From: an uncultured Blastocatellia bacterium
GTDB lineage: Bacteria; Acidobacteriota; Blastocatellia; HR10
Direction of reading: 5' to 3'
Assembly: GCA_937934295.1 (NCBI GenBank)
Contig: CALHAI010000008.1
Coordinates: 32,998-96,997, forward strand
Length of the DNA: 64,000 nucleotides
Shown here piece after piece: positions 60,701 through 64,000 of the stretch. Within the stretch, counting starts at the first letter, position 1. The number at the start of each line of letters is the position of its first letter. Made by a program: the position numbers and the translations under genes. The notes beneath the pieces were generated by a model. The model was not told where the DNA came from and did not search any database. It saw nothing but the letters and a program-made list of their open reading frames with translations.

Positions 60701-61436
60701 GATCCAGACGCAGAAGCGGCCCGTATAACCGATAGGCGTGGATGAAGGCTGCGATCTGCGCAGCCATGCGCTCGGTCGGCTTCGGGAACGCCTCCAGTCT
60801 CTTCACGATCTCCTCGAGTCGTTCGACCGCTGCCTGATAGTCGGCCGATGTGCGCCGCTCGCACTCGGTCAGCGCGATGACCTGTTCCAGGTGCATACCC
60901 AAAGCACGTACCATCATGTAGAGATCGGCGATCGCTTCGATGAGCCCGCGCCGCGAATACCCGATGACCAAGCGCCCGATGACCACGTCTTCCGCCTCAA
61001 GGCTCTCCTCGATGACCTCCTCAACAGCTCGCAGAAGAAGCATGCGGCTTCGGAATTCGTCGAGGATGGTGAACTCCGGATCCACTTGAGCCTCGACCGG
61101 ATGCGCGCGCAGCAAGCGCGCGCAGAATCCGTGGATCGTGGAGATCGCTGCCGTCTCCAGCTGCCGCTTCGCTTCGTGCCACCGCCGCGAGGGGGCGCGC
61201 CGCACCAGCTCTCTCAGGGCGAGCCGAATCTTCGTCTTCATCTCATTGGCCGCTTTGTTGGTGAACGTGATGGCGACGATCTCCTCCATGTTGGCGAGGC
61301 CGCCCTCGAGGATCCGAAGCACGCGCTCGACGAGCACCCGCGTCTTCCCAGCCCCCGGTCCGGCCGTCACAACGAGTGACCGATCGAGCGTCTCCACAGC
61401 GCGACGTTGATCGAGAGTGAGGGGCTCGCGAGTCAT
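57729..61436 (-). CDS. addA: AddA-like UvrD-family helicase with C-terminal PD-(D/E)xK nuclease
   Basis: AGPGAGKT, ITFTNKAA, STIHGFC, VDEFQDTN, GDAKQSIYNFRGA, MTVHKAKGLEF, FVAMTRA, GRLD...IIDFKT. ATGA overlap with addB. Confidence 0.9.
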   Translation of the reverse strand: MTREPLTLDQRRAVETLDRSLVVTAGPGAGKTRVLVERVLRILEGGLANMEEIVAITFTNKAANEMKTKIRLALRELVRRAPSRRWHEAKRQLETAAISTIHGFCARLLRAHPVEAQVDPEFTILDEFRSRMLLLRAVEEVIEESLEAEDVVIGRLVIGYSRRGLIEAIADLYMMVRALGMHLEQVIALTECERRTSADYQAAVERLEEIVKRLEAFPKPTERMAAQIAAFIHAYRLYGPLLRLDPRIEDAPVLEECLRALRDARVEKRGRMSELAADVEACLEEIELTFYDASAGEVIAALGRLLQHVDERYTALKREVVGLDYEDLQWKARELLRTQAAIAASLRREVKFLLVDEFQDTNALQKEIIDLLRGGGDWPKLFIVGDAKQSIYNFRGAAVEVFLRAQRELQEQGGAHIELERNFRSTAGLVRFFNAFFSRLMRVEEDAWPAELLEALGRTSFVESVAQREGNVATPIELLLEIGPHVRTAEDARRWEAQRLAERIARMVREGERLVGEEVEGGREHMRAVRYGDVALLFRAMTDVKVYERALRERGIPYYVLAGRGFYEREEIRDLLSLLQFLANTTDELALAAALRSPLFGLSDETLFWLRQAAEASGEGWLDPHPLLTSLRHHERVWGIAAEERPRVARAAEVLAHLLHLRDRLSLVELLQEILALTQFDAIQATAFDGHQRVANIRKLIELARGFDASGPHALSDFTAFVQQFAEMAEESEAQVTTEAADAVRVMTVHKAKGLEFPVVIIPDLGRPFRRDAPPVVFDRAAGIGVKVPDHRGRLHETWSRRRVLEVLQLREYFEHQRLLFVAMTRARDYLILSGATERLGVREEGAEAASLLPGASWLEWIVRVLGLSDVETLPEEYEWNGVKIRITRGTGEAREREAAASGMLIARYPQLERGEPIAPSLLPPLSESQRAVMERVRHRLAPPPVDVSAHVSPITVTRVLAFHRCPLRFYFESVLNLPAWDEVEDAMALSAERIPSILRGRIVHRFCEEYDGSEPWEVVLDRLVEEMVIRESDVLRGVSAGTAQAAELEIEASWDERARVYREKVLRDVRPLVETYVRSDLYRTIEAILWGEEPGRVESEREVLYRTAWGIVRGRLDTVIWTKEGTAWIIDFKTNRVGEDLGALVEEYALQMQIYALAVQQAWRPRAVRAELYFLDPDVRVPVPVEAFDETAALLGRLTEEIARARTLADFLARPDPARCRRCPCAGFCPERAI

Positions 61437-64000
61437 TCCCTTTCCTCGGAGGGAGATAGGCTGTCCTCCATCACGAAGCGCGCCTGATAGGGATCGAAGC
61501 GACATACGGCCCGAAATTCGCAGCGCTGACACACGCGCACGCTCTTTGGCCGGACGCGAAAGTCTCCGCAGCGCATCCCCTCGACATACCGCCAGACGAA
61601 GCTCTCGGCGCGCGCGAGCCGCTCCTCCCACTCCGGCGTCGGCAGTGAGGAGCGCGCGCGCTCGCTGATGGCCGTCAGCGCCGCCGCTTCCCGCCGATAG
61701 AGGCCATGCGTGCGCTTCCCCGTGCGAATCGAGTAATACCCTCCGCCGATGACCTCCTCGTCCGGCCGAAGAAACAGCCGCTCCAGCGCGAGGATATAGA
61801 GGGGGAGTTGTAAATCGGCGCCCTCTTCGATCTCCTCCACAGAAGCCCCGCTCCCCGATTTGTAGTCGTAAGCGATGTATCGGCCCTCGTCCGATCGATC
61901 CACGCGATCGATGCGTCCACGAATCTGGATGCGATCCTCCTCGACGACGGTTCGAGCGCGCCCCGAAGACGCCCCCGCGCGACGCAACACGAGCGGGTCT
62001 CGCCGAGAGTCGGGATGACAGCGCTCTCTCTCCTGAGGTCCCATGCCGAATCCGAGCTCCAACCAGTACGGGCGCATGCGCCCTTCGGTCTGCCGCTGAT
62101 ACGCGATCTCGGCATCGAGGAACTGGATCAACGCATCGAGGATCTCGGCCTTCTCCAACTCCCAGAGGGCACGATTGATCGGGAGCGCCTTCTGCTCATA
62201 CTCGGAGAAGATGCGCTCAGCCACGCGCGCCATCTCTTCGCGATACGCATGACGCCGCTCGGGCATGAGCGAGCCTCGCGCATGTCGCTCGAAGAAGCCA
62301 TGTAGAATGGCGTGCAACAAATACCCGCGATCCAAGGCGACGAGGTCGAGCGAGGCTTCCTCTCGCTTCTCCAAGCGCAGCACGCGCTGCGCGAAGAACC
62401 GGAACGGACATTGACCATACGTGTTCAACTGGCTCGGAGAATACACGCGTCTTGGGCCAAATCGCACCCGCAGATGCTGGCGCAGGGTCGTCGCGGTGAG
62501 CACGCCGGTGAACGGCCCCAGCTCCCCGCGCTCCCGCCGACGTTCGATCGCAGCGCGGTGAAGGAGCAGCGGATCCATCCACCCGGCTCGAAGCGCTTCA
62601 TTATAGAGGTGAAGCACAAGGGCGTCGTCCGGCGTTGTTTGATAGAAGCCCGCCAAAAGCGCGCGACGCCCATCGTCCAGCGAGGCGATGGCGCGCACAT
62701 CGTATGTCGTCGGATCCACCTCGTGAACGGGGATCGCCGGAGTCCCGCTTTGGGCCTCGCCGTAGACTTCGCGCACGTCGTCAAGGAAGGGGGAAGGGAC
62801 GGTCTCCTCGCCCGTCGCTTCCGCGCGCGGATAGGTCAGGTACACGCGCTCGGTCGCTTGACAGACGGCATGATAGAAGAAGTGCGCTTCTTTGGCCTCG
62901 AAGCGGCGCGGCGAGAGGTCTTCGAGGAAAAGACCGGCGGCCGCCAATCGTTCCCGCTCGGCGACCGAATAGACCCAATCGCGTTCGGGCGCGCGAGGGA
63001 ATCCCCCCTCGATGAGGCCCGGTAGAATGACCACGCGAAAGGCGAGACCACGCGCCTGCGTGGCTTCCAACAAGCGGACCCCGGCGGGATCGCCGCGCTC
63101 CCGACGAAATTCCACGTGTTCGATCCAATGCGTGAACAGATCGCGAAATTCCCGGACGTCAAGTGGCCGTCGGAGCGCAGCCGCGGCAGCGATCGTGGCC
63201 TTGTCCTCTTCCCGAAGTGTGCGCGCCGCGAACGCGCGATCGGCGCGTTCGCTGAGCTGCAGGAGCCGATCCAAACACTCCTCCAAGACCTGCACGCCAC
63301 GCAGATCGCGCGCGAGCCGTCGCCACGTCTCTTCGTCCCCCCTCGCTCCGAGAAGCTCGCGTCGCAGGCGCTCTCGCAGCCCGAAGGCATCAAGCGTGCG
63401 CCGGAACCCTTCCACGAAATCCGGGATCCTCCCCCGCTCGGGGATGTGCGCGAGCGCGCGCCGCATGCCGTCCACGGCTTCGAGCATCGCTTCGAGCGCC
63501 GCCTCGGCGCGCCGAAGCCGTGCCAGCTCCTGCTGCACCTCTTCGAGATCCACCGTCCGCGCCGTGAGCGTGCGCGCTTGGTGTTCTTTGATCCGCCGAA
63601 GGTCGCGCGCCCGTTTCCGAAACTCATGGATATTCAGGTCCATACCCACGGCGCGCATCGCGCTCTCGAGGGCATCGCGATCGTACGAGCTGAACGGATG
63701 GAGATAGTCGCTCTTGAGCAGCGCCGCATACGCGGCAGCCATCTCCTGCCCCACACGCGCTTCCAGGACGCGCAACGCGGCCCTGACGACGGGGACGGCG
63801 GTCAGCGGCTCTCGCACATCGAGCGCGATGGGAATGCCCAGGCGCGGCAGTTCCTCGCCCAGCGCCCGCAGATAGGCGACGTCGCGGGCGATCACGGCGA
63901 TCTCCGATGCCCGATATCCTTCATCATGAATGAGCCGCTTGATGAGGCGGGCGATCTCCCGAACCTCTTCGGCGAACCCCATCGCCGCGACGATCCTGAT
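61433..64000 (-). CDS. addB: AddB-like helicase/nuclease partner (5' end outside the window)
   Basis: Degenerate UvrD 2A fold (ARGLAFRVVILPG), YSPSQLNTYGQCPFRFF, GRIDRVD, YDYKSG, QLPLY, CQRC-x5-C. The frame stays open to the window edge. Confidence 0.9.
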   Translation of the reverse strand: MRIVAAMGFAEEVREIARLIKRLIHDEGYRASEIAVIARDVAYLRALGEELPRLGIPIALDVREPLTAVPVVRAALRVLEARVGQEMAAAYAALLKSDYLHPFSSYDRDALESAMRAVGMDLNIHEFRKRARDLRRIKEHQARTLTARTVDLEEVQQELARLRRAEAALEAMLEAVDGMRRALAHIPERGRIPDFVEGFRRTLDAFGLRERLRRELLGARGDEETWRRLARDLRGVQVLEECLDRLLQLSERADRAFAARTLREEDKATIAAAAALRRPLDVREFRDLFTHWIEHVEFRRERGDPAGVRLLEATQARGLAFRVVILPGLIEGGFPRAPERDWVYSVAERERLAAAGLFLEDLSPRRFEAKEAHFFYHAVCQATERVYLTYPRAEATGEETVPSPFLDDVREVYGEAQSGTPAIPVHEVDPTTYDVRAIASLDDGRRALLAGFYQTTPDDALVLHLYNEALRAGWMDPLLLHRAAIERRRERGELGPFTGVLTATTLRQHLRVRFGPRRVYSPSQLNTYGQCPFRFFAQRVLRLEKREEASLDLVALDRGYLLHAILHGFFERHARGSLMPERRHAYREEMARVAERIFSEYEQKALPINRALWELEKAEILDALIQFLDAEIAYQRQTEGRMRPYWLELGFGMGPQERERCHPDSRRDPLVLRRAGASSGRARTVVEEDRIQIRGRIDRVDRSDEGRYIAYDYKSGSGASVEEIEEGADLQLPLYILALERLFLRPDEEVIGGGYYSIRTGKRTHGLYRREAAALTAISERARSSLPTPEWEERLARAESFVWRYVEGMRCGDFRVRPKSVRVCQRCEFRAVCRFDPYQARFVMEDSLSPSEERE

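Overview
A GC-rich, gene-dense bacterial chromosomal segment. The Oar-type TonB-dependent receptors, paired signal-peptide VWA proteins, LptD/KdsB and an ACIII-caa3 operon point to Acidobacteriota, possibly a thermophilic Blastocatellia-like organism (inference). Most of it is housekeeping: dinG/yoaA-like helicase, glyA, hslO, lptD, lon, hsp20, trpE/trpG, the act-sco-cta respiratory operon, kdsB, tRNA-Arg(ACG), atpD/atpC and addAB. No CRISPR array, prophage, integrase or transposase was seen. The best candidate for an undescribed system is at 6.0-17.8 kb. A LysR regulator lies divergent from an operon encoding a SIS sugar-phosphate deaminase/deglycase, a BadF-type amino-sugar kinase, a fold-III PLP decarboxylase with D-ornithine/D-lysine decarboxylase (DokD)-like rather than LysA motifs, and two different Na+/solute symporters. 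A TonB-dependent receptor follows, preceded by a sigma54-like promoter and 21-bp-phased TTCC-N8-GGAA palindromes. Other notable items are a HisIE homologue with degenerate catalytic motifs in both domains heading the trpE-cyclophilin-trpG operon, a Tat-signal GatC/AtzG-like partner for a signal-less amidase, a three-way-junction 5' leader before a second TonB-dependent receptor, an RfaH-like factor heading lptD, and an AddAB pair in which both subunits carry a 4-Cys Fe-S motif. All family assignments come from motif recognition by eye; no database searches were run.
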